Origin: Paracoccaceae bacterium
GTDB lineage: Bacteria; Pseudomonadota; Alphaproteobacteria; Rhodobacterales; Rhodobacteraceae
NCBI GenBank assembly: GCA_902602765.1
Contig: CACKSH010000007.1
Coordinates: forward strand, 30,373 to 94,372
DNA: 64,000 bases
Direction: 5' to 3'
Below the pieces are notes generated by a model. The model was not told the origin of the DNA, did no database searches, and was given only the letters and a program-made list of their open reading frames with translations. Position numbers and translations under genes: made by a program. Positions 18,978 to 31,309 of the stretch are shown here, one piece after another (position 1 is the stretch's first letter; the number at the start of each line of letters is the position of its first letter).

Positions 18978-21900
18978 ATGAAAAAAATTGATAGAGACTG
19001 GGCAACCAATGAGGCAGACAAACGGTCGTGGATGAATGAAAACAGCATGTATCGTGAAAACTTTGAACATGCATCATGCGGTGTCGGTATGGTTGTCTCA
19101 ATCGAGGGGAAACCTAGCAGAAATGTTGTTGAACTTGGAATAGATGCTTTAAAAGCCATTTGGCATAGGGGTGCCGTCGATGCAGATGGAAAAACTGGTG
19201 ATGGGGCAGGCATTCATGTACAAATTCCAGTTTCTTTCTTTTATGACCAAATAGAACGAACAGGACACAAGCCTAGGCAAAATGAATTAATGGCTGTAGG
19301 GCAGGTATTCCTTCCGAGGGCGGATTTTGGAGCGCAGGAAACATGCCGAGCCATTGTTGAAACCGAAGTTCTCAGAATGGGCTATTATATTTATGGATGG
19401 CGCCATGTTCCTGTGAAGGTTGAATGCTTAGGTGAAAAGGCGAATGCAACCAGACCAGAAATTGAACAAATCTTGATTTCAAATTCTAAGGGTGTTGATG
19501 AAGACACCTTTGAGCGCGAGTTATATGTCATAAGGCGCCGCATTGAAAAGTCGGCTTTACAGGCGGGTGTGCCCCAATTGTACCTCGCTTCACTTTCCTG
19601 TCGCTCAATTATTTATAAGGGTATGATGCTCGCAGAACAGGTTGCTGTGTTCTATCCTGATTTATGCGATGAAAGATTTATCTCCAACTTTGCTATATAC
19701 CATCAAAGATATTCTACGAATACATTTCCTCAGTGGTGGTTAGCGCAACCGTTTCGAATGTTAGCCCATAACGGTGAAATAAATACTCTCAGAGGCAATG
19801 TAAATTGGATGCAAAGTCATGAAATAAGAATGGCATCATCGGCCTTTGGAGAAATGGCTGATGATATAAAGCCGATAATACCTGGAGGTTCATCGGACTC
19901 AGCTGCATTGGATTCAGTTTTTGAAGCATTGGTAAGAGCCGGAAGAAGTGCTCCGATGGCGAAAACTATGTTGGTTCCCGAGAGTTGGTCAAAACAAGCC
20001 ATAGAACTTCCACAATCATGGCGAGATATGTATTCATATTGTAATTCCGTTATGGAGCCATGGGATGGGCCTGCTGCTCTTGCAATGACGGATGGGCGAT
20101 GGGTATGTGCTGGATTAGACCGAAATGGGTTGCGCCCAATGCGATATGTCATAACAGGTGATGGCTTATTAATTGCAGGTTCTGAAGTTGGAATGGTCCC
20201 CATTAATGAAGCGAATTGTAGGGAAAAGGGTGCACTTGGGCCGGGACAGTTACTTGCTGTAGATTTAGCAGAGGGGAAATTATATCATGATGAAGAAATT
20301 AAGAATAAGCTAGCTAGTGCTCATCCATTTGGTGAGTGGACAACAAAAATAAAAGAACTGGACACGAAGCTTTCTGGTGTTCAAGAAAAACAGCTCTACT
20401 TTGGGGAAGATCTACGCAAGCGACAGATTGCTGCCGGGTATACTATTGAAGAAATCGAACAAATCTTGGTGCCAATGGCCGAAGACGGCAAAGAGACTTT
20501 AGCTTCAATGGGAGATGATACTCCATCTGCTGTCCTGTCCGAAAGATACAGGCCATTATCACATTACTTTAGGCAAAATTTCTCCCAAGTAACGAATCCG
20601 CCAATAGATTCATTGCGGGAATTTAGAGTTATGTCATTAAAAACTCGTTTTGGTAATTTAAGGAATGTCTTAGATGAAGGAACTAATCAATCGGAGATAT
20701 TGGCGTTGGAAAGCCCTTTTGTCGGAAACTCTCAATGGGAAGAATTAATTAAGAATTTCAAGTCAGATGTGGTAAACTTAGATTGTACTTTTGATAAAGG
20801 TTCTGGAAAAGAAACTCTTCACAAGCAATTAAACCTAATAAGAGCTGAGGCGGAAGATGCAGTTCGCTCTGGTGCGGGCCATATTGTCCTGACAGATCAG
20901 AATATAAACAAAAATAGGGTGGCGATGCCCATGATACTCGCAACCTCCGCAGTCCACAGCCATTTAACAAGAAAGGGTTTAAGGACTTTTTGCTCGTTAA
21001 ATGTAAGATCTTCTGAATGTCTTGATCCTCACTATTTTGCAGTTCTAATTGGTGCTGGTGCCTCTGTTACAAATGCTTATTTGGCAGAAGATACGTTAGC
21101 TGACCGAATTGATAAAGGTTTGTTGAATGGACCATTAACAGAGGTAATTTCGCGATATCGAGAAGCAATAGATCAAGGATTACTAAAAATAATGTCGAAA
21201 ATGGGGATTTCCGTAATATCCTCTTATCGTGGTGGTTTGAATTTTGAAGCGGTTGGATTATCGCGAGCAATGTGCGCAGAGTTTTTTCCAGGTCTAATAA
21301 GTCGTATATCAGGTATTGGTGTTAGTGGTATTCAACAAAAATCCGAGGAGATTCATAATTTAGCTTTTGGGTCTAATACCGCATTTTTACCAGTTGGTGG
21401 TTTTTACAAATCACGAAAATCGGGTGAGACTCATGCATGGGAAGCGCAAACGATGCATTTAATGCAAGCTGCATGTAATAACGCAAGTTTTGATCTTTGG
21501 AGACAATATTCTAATCGTATAAAATCCAATCCACCGATTCATCTGCGTGATTTGTTAGACATAAAGCCAATAGGACCAGTCGTATCCATTGATGAGGTCG
21601 AGAGTATCACTTCGATACGTAAGAGGTTTGTGACCCCCGGTATGTCACTGGGGGCTTTAAGTCCCGAGGCTCACAAAACCTTAAATGTGGCGATGAACCG
21701 AATAGGGGCCAAATCTGACTCTGGTGAAGGAGGAGAAGATCCAGCACATTTTACTCCTGAAGCCAACGGCGATAATCCTTCAGCAAAAATTAAACAGGTT
21801 GCGTCTGGAAGATTTGGAGTTACAGCCGAATATCTAAACCAATGTGAGGAATTAGAAATTAAAGTTGCTCAGGGTGCAAAACCAGGAGAGGGTGGTCAAT

Positions 21901-23516
21901 TACCGGGAATGAAAGTTACGGATTTAATCGCACGTCTAAGACATTCGACAAAAGGCGTAACTTTAATCTCACCACCACCACATCATGATATATATTCAAT
22001 AGAGGATTTGGCGCAGCTAATCTACGATTTAAAACAGATTAACCCTAGATGTAAGGTAACTGTAAAATTAGTTGCATCCTCTGGAGTTGGAACAATCGCA
22101 GCTGGTGTGGCTAAAGCAGAAGCAGATGTTATTCTGATATCTGGGCATAATGGAGGGACAGGCGCCTCTCCAGCAACATCAATAAAATTTGCCGGGCTGC
22201 CTTGGGAAATGGGTCTAACGGAAGCGCATCAAGTTCTTTCCATGAATAATCTTAGAGAGAGAATAACCCTTCGGACTGATGGGGGATTAAGGACGGGTCG
22301 TGATATTGTTATGGCTGCCATGATGGGAGCTGAGGAATTTGGAATTGGCACAGCGGCGCTTATTGCCATGGGCTGCATAATGGTTCGTCAGTGTCAATCT
22401 AATACATGTCCTGTCGGTGTATGTACGCAAGATGAGAATCTCAGAGAAAAGTTTAGTGGAAATGCTGACAAAGTTGTAAATCTAATTACATTCTATGCTC
22501 AAGAAGTCCGTGAAATACTTGCTGAAATAGGTGCCAGGTCTGTTGATGAAGTTATCGGGAGGGCGGATCTATTGTCCCAGGTAAGTAGGGGAGCAGATCA
22601 CCTTGATGATCTAGACCTTAACCCACTTCTAATTTCGGTCGATGGCGCTGATAGAATAAATTACAATAGGGGCCGGGAGCGCAATAGTGTGCCGGACACT
22701 TTAGATAGAGAAATCGTCCGTGATGCTGCACGTTTCTTAAATGATGGTGAAAAGATGCAGCTGTCGTACGCAGTTCAAAACACGCACAGGACTGTTGGTA
22801 CCAGAACTTCCAGCCATATTGTACAGAATTTTGGTATGCGTAATAAGCTCCAACCTGATCATTTAACAGTGAAATTGAAAGGATCTGCAGGCCAATCTTT
22901 AGGGGCTTTCGCTGCGCCCGGTTTGAAAATAGAAGTTGCTGGAGATGCAAATGATTATGTTGGTAAAGGGTTGTCTGGCGGTATAATTGTTGTGAGACCG
23001 CCTATGGCCAGTCCACTCATAGCTAGTGAGAATACTATTATTGGTAATACTGTATTATACGGCGCTACTGATGGCCTTTTATTTGCTGCAGGAAGAGCAG
23101 GTGAGCGATTTGCTGTAAGAAATTCTGGCGCAAAGGTTGTTGTGGAAGGCTGCGGATCAAATGGTTGTGAATATATGACAGGAGGTGTGGCTGTTATCTT
23201 GGGGTCAGTTGGTGCAAACTTTGGCGCCGGTATGACTGGTGGTATGGCCTATATTTACGATCCAAATGAAACAGCATTTGACTTTTTAAACATGGACTCT
23301 TTGGTGACCTGCCGAGTTGGAAGTTCTGTCTGGGAAGAACAACTCTATTCACTGTTAAAAATGCATTTTGAGGAAACGTCTAGTCAGAAAGCCGAAGAAA
23401 TATTACAGCATTGGGATACAGAAAAGACCAAATTTTTGCAAATTTGTCCAAAGGAAATGCTGGATAAACTACCGCACCCATTATCTTATGAAAGTGACTC
23501 AATACCTGCAGAATGA
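18978..23516 (+). CDS. gltB: Glutamate synthase large subunit
   Basis: Ntn nucleophile CGVG, HQRYSTNT, EPWDGPA, CIMVRQCQSNTC 3Fe-4S motif; AAGGA RBS before ATG 18978 (in-frame ATG also at 18921). Confidence 0.98.
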   Translation: MKKIDRDWATNEADKRSWMNENSMYRENFEHASCGVGMVVSIEGKPSRNVVELGIDALKAIWHRGAVDADGKTGDGAGIHVQIPVSFFYDQIERTGHKPRQNELMAVGQVFLPRADFGAQETCRAIVETEVLRMGYYIYGWRHVPVKVECLGEKANATRPEIEQILISNSKGVDEDTFERELYVIRRRIEKSALQAGVPQLYLASLSCRSIIYKGMMLAEQVAVFYPDLCDERFISNFAIYHQRYSTNTFPQWWLAQPFRMLAHNGEINTLRGNVNWMQSHEIRMASSAFGEMADDIKPIIPGGSSDSAALDSVFEALVRAGRSAPMAKTMLVPESWSKQAIELPQSWRDMYSYCNSVMEPWDGPAALAMTDGRWVCAGLDRNGLRPMRYVITGDGLLIAGSEVGMVPINEANCREKGALGPGQLLAVDLAEGKLYHDEEIKNKLASAHPFGEWTTKIKELDTKLSGVQEKQLYFGEDLRKRQIAAGYTIEEIEQILVPMAEDGKETLASMGDDTPSAVLSERYRPLSHYFRQNFSQVTNPPIDSLREFRVMSLKTRFGNLRNVLDEGTNQSEILALESPFVGNSQWEELIKNFKSDVVNLDCTFDKGSGKETLHKQLNLIRAEAEDAVRSGAGHIVLTDQNINKNRVAMPMILATSAVHSHLTRKGLRTFCSLNVRSSECLDPHYFAVLIGAGASVTNAYLAEDTLADRIDKGLLNGPLTEVISRYREAIDQGLLKIMSKMGISVISSYRGGLNFEAVGLSRAMCAEFFPGLISRISGIGVSGIQQKSEEIHNLAFGSNTAFLPVGGFYKSRKSGETHAWEAQTMHLMQAACNNASFDLWRQYSNRIKSNPPIHLRDLLDIKPIGPVVSIDEVESITSIRKRFVTPGMSLGALSPEAHKTLNVAMNRIGAKSDSGEGGEDPAHFTPEANGDNPSAKIKQVASGRFGVTAEYLNQCEELEIKVAQGAKPGEGGQLPGMKVTDLIARLRHSTKGVTLISPPPHHDIYSIEDLAQLIYDLKQINPRCKVTVKLVASSGVGTIAAGVAKAEADVILISGHNGGTGASPATSIKFAGLPWEMGLTEAHQVLSMNNLRERITLRTDGGLRTGRDIVMAAMMGAEEFGIGTAALIAMGCIMVRQCQSNTCPVGVCTQDENLREKFSGNADKVVNLITFYAQEVREILAEIGARSVDEVIGRADLLSQVSRGADHLDDLDLNPLLISVDGADRINYNRGRERNSVPDTLDREIVRDAARFLNDGEKMQLSYAVQNTHRTVGTRTSSHIVQNFGMRNKLQPDHLTVKLKGSAGQSLGAFAAPGLKIEVAGDANDYVGKGLSGGIIVVRPPMASPLIASENTIIGNTVLYGATDGLLFAAGRAGERFAVRNSGAKVVVEGCGSNGCEYMTGGVAVILGSVGANFGAGMTGGMAYIYDPNETAFDFLNMDSLVTCRVGSSVWEEQLYSLLKMHFEETSSQKAEEILQHWDTEKTKFLQICPKEMLDKLPHPLSYESDSIPAE

Positions 23517-23530
23517 TGGAAATAATGTTT

Positions 23531-26500
23531 TTAGTTTTGTAGAGATTTTACCTCAATTTCACCCTCGGTTTGACTCTGAATAGCGAGTGCAGCGGCATGG
23601 GCTGCAGCGGCTGTCGTGAAGTAGGGTATTTTATCATATAGAGCTACAGATCTTATCTCACGACTATCCTTAACGGCTTGTGCTCCTTCGGTAGTATTCA
23701 TTACCAAATCTATTTCACCATTTTTCATTGTATCTACAATATTTGGTCGCCCCTCATAGACTTTATTTATTTGTGTACAGGGTATATTTCTCTCTTTAAG
23801 AAACGCTGCAGTTCCCCTAGTAGCGGTAATATTGAAACCCAGCTTAATTAGCCTTTGAGCTGTCTCCGCTAGATTGTCATTTTTATCTTTGTCCTTAATC
23901 GAGAAGAAAACACAGCCCTTAATTGGGAGTTTCATTCCCGCACCTATCTGAGCTTTCAAAAATGCTCTACCAAAGTCACGATCCCACCCCATAACTTCGC
24001 CTGTAGAACGCATCTCTGGACCTAGAATAGTGTCTACTCCTGGAAATCTAGCAAATGGCATTACAGCTTCTTTAACACTGAACCAAGGTAACATAGGGTT
24101 TGCTAAACTCATTGGGTCTGCCAATGGTATTGTTTCGTTATAGGAGACTGATCCGTAGCTGTCTCTCTTGTCGAAATTATCTAAAGTTTCGCCGGCCATT
24201 ATTCTTGCAGCTATAGATGCTATTGCACTGTCCGTCGCCTTTGCAACAAAAGGTACTGTACGTGAAGCACGAGGATTAACTTCAATAAGATATATTTGAT
24301 TGTCTTTGACTGCGAACTGTACATTCATCAGTCCAACGACTTTCAATGCTTTGGCTAGTTTCTCGGCTTGAACGTTTAATTCTTTTATAATTTCACTATC
24401 CAGTGAGTAGGGAGGCAAGGAGCAAGCACTATCACCTGAGTGCACGCCTGCTTCCTCAATGTGCTGCATAATACCGGCTACATGTACCTTATCTCCGTCA
24501 GATATGGCATCTACGTCGCATTCGATTGCCCCTTCTAAATAACTATCCAAAAGAACAGGGCTCTCGCCAGATACTACTACTGCTTCTGTAATATATTTTT
24601 TCAAGCTATCTATATCACGCACAATCTCCATAGCGCGACCACCGAGCACATAAGACGGTCTTATTACTAATGGGAACCCGATGGTTTTGGCAATTTTGAA
24701 TGCCTCTGCATCAGAATTAGCGATACCATTATTGGGCTGTCTTAAGCCCAGTTTGTAAACTAATTTTTGAAATCTTTCTCGATCTTCTGCTAAATCTATT
24801 GCATCTGGGCTAGTCCCTAAAATGGGAATACCTTCTGCCTCCAATGCTCTTGCTAATTTTAAAGGAGTTTGTCCTCCAAACTGGACAATAACACCTACTA
24901 AGTGGCCATTTTTCAGTTCTTTTTTCAATATTTCCAATACATGTTCGAAGGTCAGGGGTTCAAAATATAACCGGTCGGAAGTGTCGTAGTCTGTGGAAAC
25001 GGTTTCTGGATTGCAGTTGACCATTATGGTTTCAAAACCAGCATCTGCGAGAGCATAGCAAGCGTGGCAACAGCAATAATCAAATTCAATTCCTTGGCCT
25101 ATCCTGTTAGGCCCACCACCTAGAATTACTATTTTTTTCATATTAGACGGTTCAGCTTCACATTCAACGTTTCCCATCATAGGGGCCTCATAGGTTGAAT
25201 ACATATATGGGGTTTGAGCTTCAAACTCAGCTGCACATGTGTCTATTCTTTTGAAAACGGCATCGACCTTTAATTTTTTTCTAGCATCACGTACTTGTTT
25301 TTCAGTTTTCCCACTTAACTTTGCCAATCTTAGATCACTAAAGCCCATACTTTTTATCTGCCTTAGGTCCTCTTCCTCAATCGGAAGACCATTCTGACAA
25401 ATTTCAAGTTCCATCTCAACTATTTCTCTTATTCTTTCAAGAAACCAAGAATCGTACATGGTCACTTCGTGTATTTCAGAATTGGAAAGTCCAAATCGCA
25501 TAGCTTGGGCAATTACTCTAATTCGATCAGGAGTTTGTTCGCTAAGCGCTTTAATGATAGCGCTTTTTTCAGGAGCGTTAGGAATATCAATTTCGTCAAA
25601 TCCTGAAAGTTCAGTTTCTAAAGAGCATAATGCTTTTTGAAGGGACTCATGAAAAGATCTACCAATTGCCATGACTTCTCCAACTGATTTCATTGCAGTT
25701 GTTAAGTAAGGTTTTGCACCAGGAAATTTTTCGAAGGCAAACCTGGGTATTTTTGTCACTACGTAATCAATTGTTGGTTCAAACGAAGCTGGCGTAACCC
25801 TGGTAATATCGTTTTCTAATTCGTCTAAAGTGTATCCAATAGCAAGCTTTGCCGCTATTTTTGCTATCGGGAAACCAGTAGCTTTAGATGCGAGAGCAGA
25901 CGATCTAGACACCCTTGGGTTCATTTCAATCACGACCATGCGACCATCTGATGGATTAACAGCCCATTGTACATTCGAACCACCGGTTTCCACGCCGATT
26001 TCCCTCAATACATCTATCGATGCTGTGCGCATCATTTGATATTCCTTGTCAGTCAAAGTTAAAGCTGGTGCGACTGTGATAGAATCTCCTGTATGAATTC
26101 CCATCGGATCAACATTTTCAATAGAACATACAATTATGGCGTTATCCTTAACATCACGAACAACCTCCATTTCAAACTCTTTCCAGCCTAGTAGGCTCTC
26201 ATCAATAAGAATTTGGTTTGCTGGAGAAGCATCCATTCCAGACTTGCAAAAGTATTCATAGTCTTCGAGATTGTATGCGACCCCTCCGCCCGTACCACCC
26301 AATGTGAAAGCAGGTCGGATAATAGCCGGTAGGCCGATATCTTTTAAAACTTCTAAAGACAACCTTACGCCTTCGGCTAAATCTACCTTGCCGTTTTTTA
26401 GATATGGAGCTGTAACAACTGCGGCCTTTGGGTTCTTTAAACCTAATCTTTCCATGGCTTCTCGAAATAAAGCGCGATCCTCCGCCATTTCGATTGCCCC

Positions 26501-26860
26501 TCTCTTCGCCCCAATCATTTCGACACCAAACTTTTCAAGAATGCCCATAGCCTCCAGCTCGAGTGCAGTATTTAATCCAGTTTGCCCACCCATGGTTGGC
26601 AGCAAAGCATCAGGACGTTCCTTTTCAATAATTTTTGCAACTATTGTCGGTTCTATTGGCTCTATGTAAGTAGCGTCAGCCATACCTGGATCAGTCATAA
26701 TTGTGGCGGGGTTAGAATTTACGAGTATTACCCTGAAACCTTCCTCTTTTAGAGCCTTACATGCCTGCGCTCCGGAATAATCAAATTCACAAGCTTGACC
26801 TATAACGATGGGGCCAGCCCCAATAATCATTATAGATGAGATATCTGTTCGTTTGGGCAT
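23531..26860 (-). CDS. carB: Carbamoyl-phosphate synthase large subunit
   Basis: [17 protein letters not shown], duplicated ATP-grasp halves (GIHTGDS / GVHSGDS), C-terminal MGS domain. Confidence 0.99.
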   Translation of the reverse strand: MPKRTDISSIMIIGAGPIVIGQACEFDYSGAQACKALKEEGFRVILVNSNPATIMTDPGMADATYIEPIEPTIVAKIIEKERPDALLPTMGGQTGLNTALELEAMGILEKFGVEMIGAKRGAIEMAEDRALFREAMERLGLKNPKAAVVTAPYLKNGKVDLAEGVRLSLEVLKDIGLPAIIRPAFTLGGTGGGVAYNLEDYEYFCKSGMDASPANQILIDESLLGWKEFEMEVVRDVKDNAIIVCSIENVDPMGIHTGDSITVAPALTLTDKEYQMMRTASIDVLREIGVETGGSNVQWAVNPSDGRMVVIEMNPRVSRSSALASKATGFPIAKIAAKLAIGYTLDELENDITRVTPASFEPTIDYVVTKIPRFAFEKFPGAKPYLTTAMKSVGEVMAIGRSFHESLQKALCSLETELSGFDEIDIPNAPEKSAIIKALSEQTPDRIRVIAQAMRFGLSNSEIHEVTMYDSWFLERIREIVEMELEICQNGLPIEEEDLRQIKSMGFSDLRLAKLSGKTEKQVRDARKKLKVDAVFKRIDTCAAEFEAQTPYMYSTYEAPMMGNVECEAEPSNMKKIVILGGGPNRIGQGIEFDYCCCHACYALADAGFETIMVNCNPETVSTDYDTSDRLYFEPLTFEHVLEILKKELKNGHLVGVIVQFGGQTPLKLARALEAEGIPILGTSPDAIDLAEDRERFQKLVYKLGLRQPNNGIANSDAEAFKIAKTIGFPLVIRPSYVLGGRAMEIVRDIDSLKKYITEAVVVSGESPVLLDSYLEGAIECDVDAISDGDKVHVAGIMQHIEEAGVHSGDSACSLPPYSLDSEIIKELNVQAEKLAKALKVVGLMNVQFAVKDNQIYLIEVNPRASRTVPFVAKATDSAIASIAARIMAGETLDNFDKRDSYGSVSYNETIPLADPMSLANPMLPWFSVKEAVMPFARFPGVDTILGPEMRSTGEVMGWDRDFGRAFLKAQIGAGMKLPIKGCVFFSIKDKDKNDNLAETAQRLIKLGFNITATRGTAAFLKERNIPCTQINKVYEGRPNIVDTMKNGEIDLVMNTTEGAQAVKDSREIRSVALYDKIPYFTTAAAAHAAALAIQSQTEGEIEVKSLQN

Positions 26861-27066
26861 ATTTTAAGTCTCGACTAACGCTATCTTGGATAACTAATTA
26901 CAGAAATCACGCAAATTGTTTCGCGTTATAATGATACTTTCAAACTCCACAAGTAGAATCGCAGTAATTTGTATTTCTTTGCAAACCAAATAATTTACGA
27001 GGATATAAATTTAACCAGAATATAATCTGTCCAAACTGCAATTTAATGTGATTTCGCCTATAACTC

Positions 27067-27097
27067 TTGACATCCCGGTCTCAAACTTGTGTACCCA
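27067..27097 (+). promoter_or_regulatory. Putative sigma70 promoter of aspS
   Basis: Perfect TTGACA at 27067-27072, about 60 nt upstream of the aspS ATG; -10 element degenerate, as is common in alphaproteobacteria. Confidence 0.45.
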
Positions 27098-27129
27098 CGC
27101 CAGTGTTTTATTGTTTGAAAGGCTAAATA

Positions 27130-28911
27130 ATGCATGACTATCGAAGCCATACATGCGCAGATCTTAAAATAGAAGACGTTGGGACCAACGTTCGGCTATC
27201 TGGATGGGTGCACAGGATAAGAGATCATGGCGGAGTTTTGTTTGTGGATCTTCGCGATCACTACGGTGTAACTCAAGTTCTCTGCGATCCAGATAGTCAA
27301 GTCTTTAGCCAAGTAGAAAATATAAGATCTGAGTGGTGTATTCGTATTGATGGTGAAGTAAAAGCTCGTGACCCAGATCTAATAAATAGTAAAATTTCTA
27401 CAGGGGCAATTGAGGTGTTTATTCGAGATATAGAGGTGCTAGGGGCATCAGCTGAATTGCCCCTGATAGTTTTTGGTGATCAAGAGTATCCTGAAGAAAC
27501 CAGGCTTCGTTACAGATACTTAGACCTACGGCGTGAAGTTATGCAACAAAACATGAAATTGCGGGCAGATGTAATCGCGTCCATAAGGCGAGGTATGTGG
27601 GATATTGGTTTCAGGGAGTATCAAACACCAATTATCACAGCCTCATCGCCGGAGGGAGCAAGAGATTTTTTAGTTCCTTCTCGTTTGCATGCAGGAAAAT
27701 TCTACGCCCTGCCACAGGCACCGCAACAATTCAAACAACTAATTATGGTCTCTGGGTTCGATAAATATTTTCAGATTGCTCCGTGTTTTAGGGACGAAGA
27801 TCCTCGAGCTGATCGCAGTCCAACAGACTTTTACCAACTTGATATGGAAATGTCTTTTGTAACCCAGCAGGATGTTTTTAATACTATTTCTCCAGTGATT
27901 GCTGATATTTTTAGGGAGTTTGGTGGAGATAGAGTAGTTGATGAGCCTGAAAATTGGGAAGTAATTTCATACAGAGATGCCGCTTTTTGGTATGGAACTG
28001 ATAAACCAGATCTTCGAAACCCAATTAAAATGCAGGATGTTTCCCAGCACTTCAGAAATTCTGGATTTGCAATTTTTTCCAACATCTTGGAAAAAGATGG
28101 CACTGAAATTAGGGCAATTCCTGCACCTGGTGGCGGGTCTCGGAAGTTTTGTGATCGAATGAATTCATTTGCTCAAAAAGAAGGTTTGCCCGGGATGGGA
28201 TATATCTTTTGGCGTGAAAGTGACGGTAATTTGGAAGCTGCCGGTCCGCTTGCAAAAAATATTGGACTTGAACGGACTGAGGCAATCAGAGACCAACTTG
28301 GCTTAGGCATAGGGGATGCCGCATTTTTTCTTGGGGGAACTCCAAAAACGTTTGAAAGAGTTGCCGGTAAAGCTCGAGACGTAATAGGTGATGAGCTAAA
28401 GTTAGTAGATACCAATAGGTTTGCATTTGCGTGGATCGTTGATTTTCCGATTTTTGAGAAAGATGATGAAACAGGAAAAATTGACTTTGAGCACAACCCG
28501 TTTTCAATGCCACAAGGCGGACTTGATGCCTTAAATGGAGATCCTTTAAGTGTTTTGGGATATCAATATGATTTAGCATGTAACGGTTCTGAGCTTGTAT
28601 CTGGTGCTATAAGAAATCATCAACCAGAGTTAATGTTTAAAGCTTTTGAAATTGCCGGATATGGTGAAGATGAGGTAAGAAAGCGGTTTGGAGGAATGGT
28701 GAATGCTTTTCAATTCGGCGCACCACCTCACGGTGGTTGCGCAGCGGGCATTGATAGAATAGTAATGCTTCTTGCTAATCAAGAAAATATCAGGGAAATC
28801 ATAATGTTCCCAATGAACCAGAGAGCAGAGGATCTTATGATGGGAGCTCCATCAGAGCCTACATCAGATCAGCTAATGGAATTGAATTTAAGGACAATAT
28901 CCAGCAGCTGA
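27130..28911 (+). CDS. aspS: Aspartate--tRNA(Asp/Asn) ligase, likely non-discriminating
   Basis: [34 protein letters not shown]. Confidence 0.97.
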   Translation: MHDYRSHTCADLKIEDVGTNVRLSGWVHRIRDHGGVLFVDLRDHYGVTQVLCDPDSQVFSQVENIRSEWCIRIDGEVKARDPDLINSKISTGAIEVFIRDIEVLGASAELPLIVFGDQEYPEETRLRYRYLDLRREVMQQNMKLRADVIASIRRGMWDIGFREYQTPIITASSPEGARDFLVPSRLHAGKFYALPQAPQQFKQLIMVSGFDKYFQIAPCFRDEDPRADRSPTDFYQLDMEMSFVTQQDVFNTISPVIADIFREFGGDRVVDEPENWEVISYRDAAFWYGTDKPDLRNPIKMQDVSQHFRNSGFAIFSNILEKDGTEIRAIPAPGGGSRKFCDRMNSFAQKEGLPGMGYIFWRESDGNLEAAGPLAKNIGLERTEAIRDQLGLGIGDAAFFLGGTPKTFERVAGKARDVIGDELKLVDTNRFAFAWIVDFPIFEKDDETGKIDFEHNPFSMPQGGLDALNGDPLSVLGYQYDLACNGSELVSGAIRNHQPELMFKAFEIAGYGEDEVRKRFGGMVNAFQFGAPPHGGCAAGIDRIVMLLANQENIREIIMFPMNQRAEDLMMGAPSEPTSDQLMELNLRTISSS

Positions 28912-28949
28912 GAGTTAAATGGTCTTGAGAATTAAAGATGGGAATTTAC

Positions 28950-29354
28950 ATGATCGGTAAGTTAAATCACGTAGCGATCGCAGTGCCAGATTTAAGTGCT
29001 GCTGCTGAGCAGTATAGGACTACTTTAGGCGCAAAAGTTGGTGATCCTGTTGATGAAAAAGACCACGGTGTCACAGTAGTTTTTATCGAGTTGCCCAATA
29101 CGAAGATTGAATTACTGCATCCACTTGGTTCGAATAGTCCAATTCAGGGTTTCTTAGATAAAAACCCAAACGGTGGAATACATCACATTTGTTACGAAGT
29201 GGCAGATATAAAAAAAGCTAGAGATCAGTTGCTAAGTTTTGGTGCAAGGGTCTTGGGCGAACTAGAGCCTAAGATAGGGGCTCACGGGAAACCCGTTATT
29301 TTTTTGCATCCTAAAGATTTTAACGGCACACTAATCGAGCTTGAAGAAATATAA
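28950..29354 (+). CDS. mce: Methylmalonyl-CoA epimerase
   Basis: VOC fold with LNHVAIAV, IELLHP, GGIHHICYEV, FLHPKD...LIELE. Confidence 0.93.
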   Translation: MIGKLNHVAIAVPDLSAAAEQYRTTLGAKVGDPVDEKDHGVTVVFIELPNTKIELLHPLGSNSPIQGFLDKNPNGGIHHICYEVADIKKARDQLLSFGARVLGELEPKIGAHGKPVIFLHPKDFNGTLIELEEI

Positions 29355-29377
29355 TGTCGGTATCTTGAGTTGGCATT

Positions 29378-29662
29378 ATGAGTGTAACATCCGCATTTGT
29401 TCTTTTTGCAGTAATTTGGTTTTTGACGTTTCTGATAGTGATCCCGTTTAAAATAAAAACACAGGGTGACATAGGTGTTGTGCTCAAGGGTACTCAAGCT
29501 GGAGCTCCTGAAGTCCATGATTTGAGAAAAAAAGCCATAATTACCACATGCGCGTCGCTAATTTTATGGCTACTTATCACAATTTTGATAGTTTCCGAGA
29601 TAGTCACAATTGAAGATATTGATTTGTTTGGGAGAATGGGTGAAGTAAATAAGCAATCATAA
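29378..29662 (+). CDS. DUF1467-like small membrane protein
   Basis: TSAFVLFAVIWF, TQGD...GT.AGAP, second TM; usual neighbour of mce in alphaproteobacteria. Confidence 0.8.
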   Translation: MSVTSAFVLFAVIWFLTFLIVIPFKIKTQGDIGVVLKGTQAGAPEVHDLRKKAIITTCASLILWLLITILIVSEIVTIEDIDLFGRMGEVNKQS

Positions 29663-29676
29663 AAAAGTTGTTTAGG

Positions 29677-30249
29677 TCATAGCCATTCTACAATTTCATC
29701 GAGATTAGGGCGTGGTCTATCAGGAGGTATCATAGTCTCAGTACCCAAATAGATTAACCCTGCAACAGTCTCATTGTCTTTAAGTCCCAGACCGCTTTTC
29801 TCAAACTCTTTATTATATACATGCCACCCTGTAAGCCAGTTCGCTCCCCATCCTGCCGCTAGTGCAGCGTTTAATAATGATAAGCAAACGGCGCCTGCCG
29901 AATATGTTTGCTCAATACTTGGTATTTTTTCAGACTCCTTTTGGACTTCAATTACGGCAACTGCTAGATGACCATCGTCTAATTGTTTCTTAGCTTTAAC
30001 AATTTTATCTTCTGTAATTGATTCTTTAATACCTATTTTCTCAACAAGACCTCCAAGCTTTGTTAGTGTTTTCCCCTGAAGAACTATGAATCGCCAAGGA
30101 ACTAGTTTCCCATGATCTGGGGTTCTTGCCCCCGCGGACAACAGTTCAATTAGCTCATCTTTATTGGGTATTGGTGTCGAGAGAGTTTTTGCCGGTCTGG
30201 ATCTCCGATTTAGCAGAAAATGCATGACTGTTTCATTACGGGAAAGCAT
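29677..30249 (-). CDS. Nitroreductase family protein (YdjA-like)
   Basis: RRSRP, RTPDHGKLVPWRF, GWGANWLTGW. Confidence 0.9.
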   Translation of the reverse strand: MLSRNETVMHFLLNRRSRPAKTLSTPIPNKDELIELLSAGARTPDHGKLVPWRFIVLQGKTLTKLGGLVEKIGIKESITEDKIVKAKKQLDDGHLAVAVIEVQKESEKIPSIEQTYSAGAVCLSLLNAALAAGWGANWLTGWHVYNKEFEKSGLGLKDNETVAGLIYLGTETMIPPDRPRPNLDEIVEWL

Positions 30250-30279
30250 TATTATCCTTACTTTTATCGAGGCTTTTTC

Positions 30280-31260
30280 TTAGTCGTTTATAGTTTCCGC
30301 AATCAGGTCCATTATTCTGACTAATTCGGAACTGATTGCTGGTTCTGACATTGCATGACCGGCATGATCAACAATGCGAAGGTCGCAATTATTCCAACAA
30401 TTTGCTAAATCCCATGCACTTTTGGGAGGACAAATCATATCAAACCGTCCTTGCACTATGTAACCTGGTATACAGTCAATAGTTTCCATATTTTCTAAGA
30501 TCTCGTTCATGCTTTTTAGGAAGCCGTCATTTAAAAAATAGTGATTTTCAATTCGGGCAAAAGCTCTTGCGTACGGGCCAGGCATTGAAGCCGTTCGACC
30601 GCTTGCCTGAAAAGACGCCAAAGCATTTTCCCAGTTTGACCAGGTTTGACCATATTTTGTTTCGATTGATACATTACCACAGAACAGTCTTTTATTATAA
30701 GCAGCAATCAGATCATGGTGTTCGTCTGGAGGTATTGGGTCAGTAAATTTTTTCCATTGTTCAGGCCAAAATTTACCAGCACCGCCTCCATAAAACCAGT
30801 CTAACTCAGATTTTGTCATCAAAAATACACCTCTTAAAACTAAGTGGCTTACTGCACTCTTGAAAGCTTGTGCGTAAAGCAGAGCAAGTGTTGCGCCCCA
30901 ACTTCCACCAAAAACAATCCATTGATTTATGCCAAGATGTGTTCTGATTGCCTCAATATCATTTATCAAACTTGTAGTAGTATTATTTTCCACACTTGCG
31001 TAGGGCCGCGATCTCCCACAACCGCGTTGATCAAATAAGATAATTCTGTAAATTTTTGGGTCAAAGTACCTTCGCATTGATGGACTACATCCCCCACCCG
31101 GACCCCCATGCAAAACTACGACAGGTATACCTTCAGAGCAGCCGCACTGTTCGAAGTAAATTTGGTGACCACCATCTACATGAAGTATTTGCTGGTCAAA
31201 GGGGTCAATTGTTGGATACAATTGAGCACCTGCGCTTTTATGTCCCGAGTATCTATCCAT
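30280..31260 (-). CDS. pip: Prolyl aminopeptidase (proline iminopeptidase)
   Basis: HGGPGGG, DQRGCGRS, GGSWG nucleophile, GRFDMICP, AGH; start placed at MDRYSG to avoid overlap with ubiG. Confidence 0.95.
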   Translation of the reverse strand: MDRYSGHKSAGAQLYPTIDPFDQQILHVDGGHQIYFEQCGCSEGIPVVVLHGGPGGGCSPSMRRYFDPKIYRIILFDQRGCGRSRPYASVENNTTTSLINDIEAIRTHLGINQWIVFGGSWGATLALLYAQAFKSAVSHLVLRGVFLMTKSELDWFYGGGAGKFWPEQWKKFTDPIPPDEHHDLIAAYNKRLFCGNVSIETKYGQTWSNWENALASFQASGRTASMPGPYARAFARIENHYFLNDGFLKSMNEILENMETIDCIPGYIVQGRFDMICPPKSAWDLANCWNNCDLRIVDHAGHAMSEPAISSELVRIMDLIAETIND

Positions 31261-31309
31261 TGTGACTCTATATAATACATAATTTAGTAAAAACCATTTG
31301 GAATTGAAA

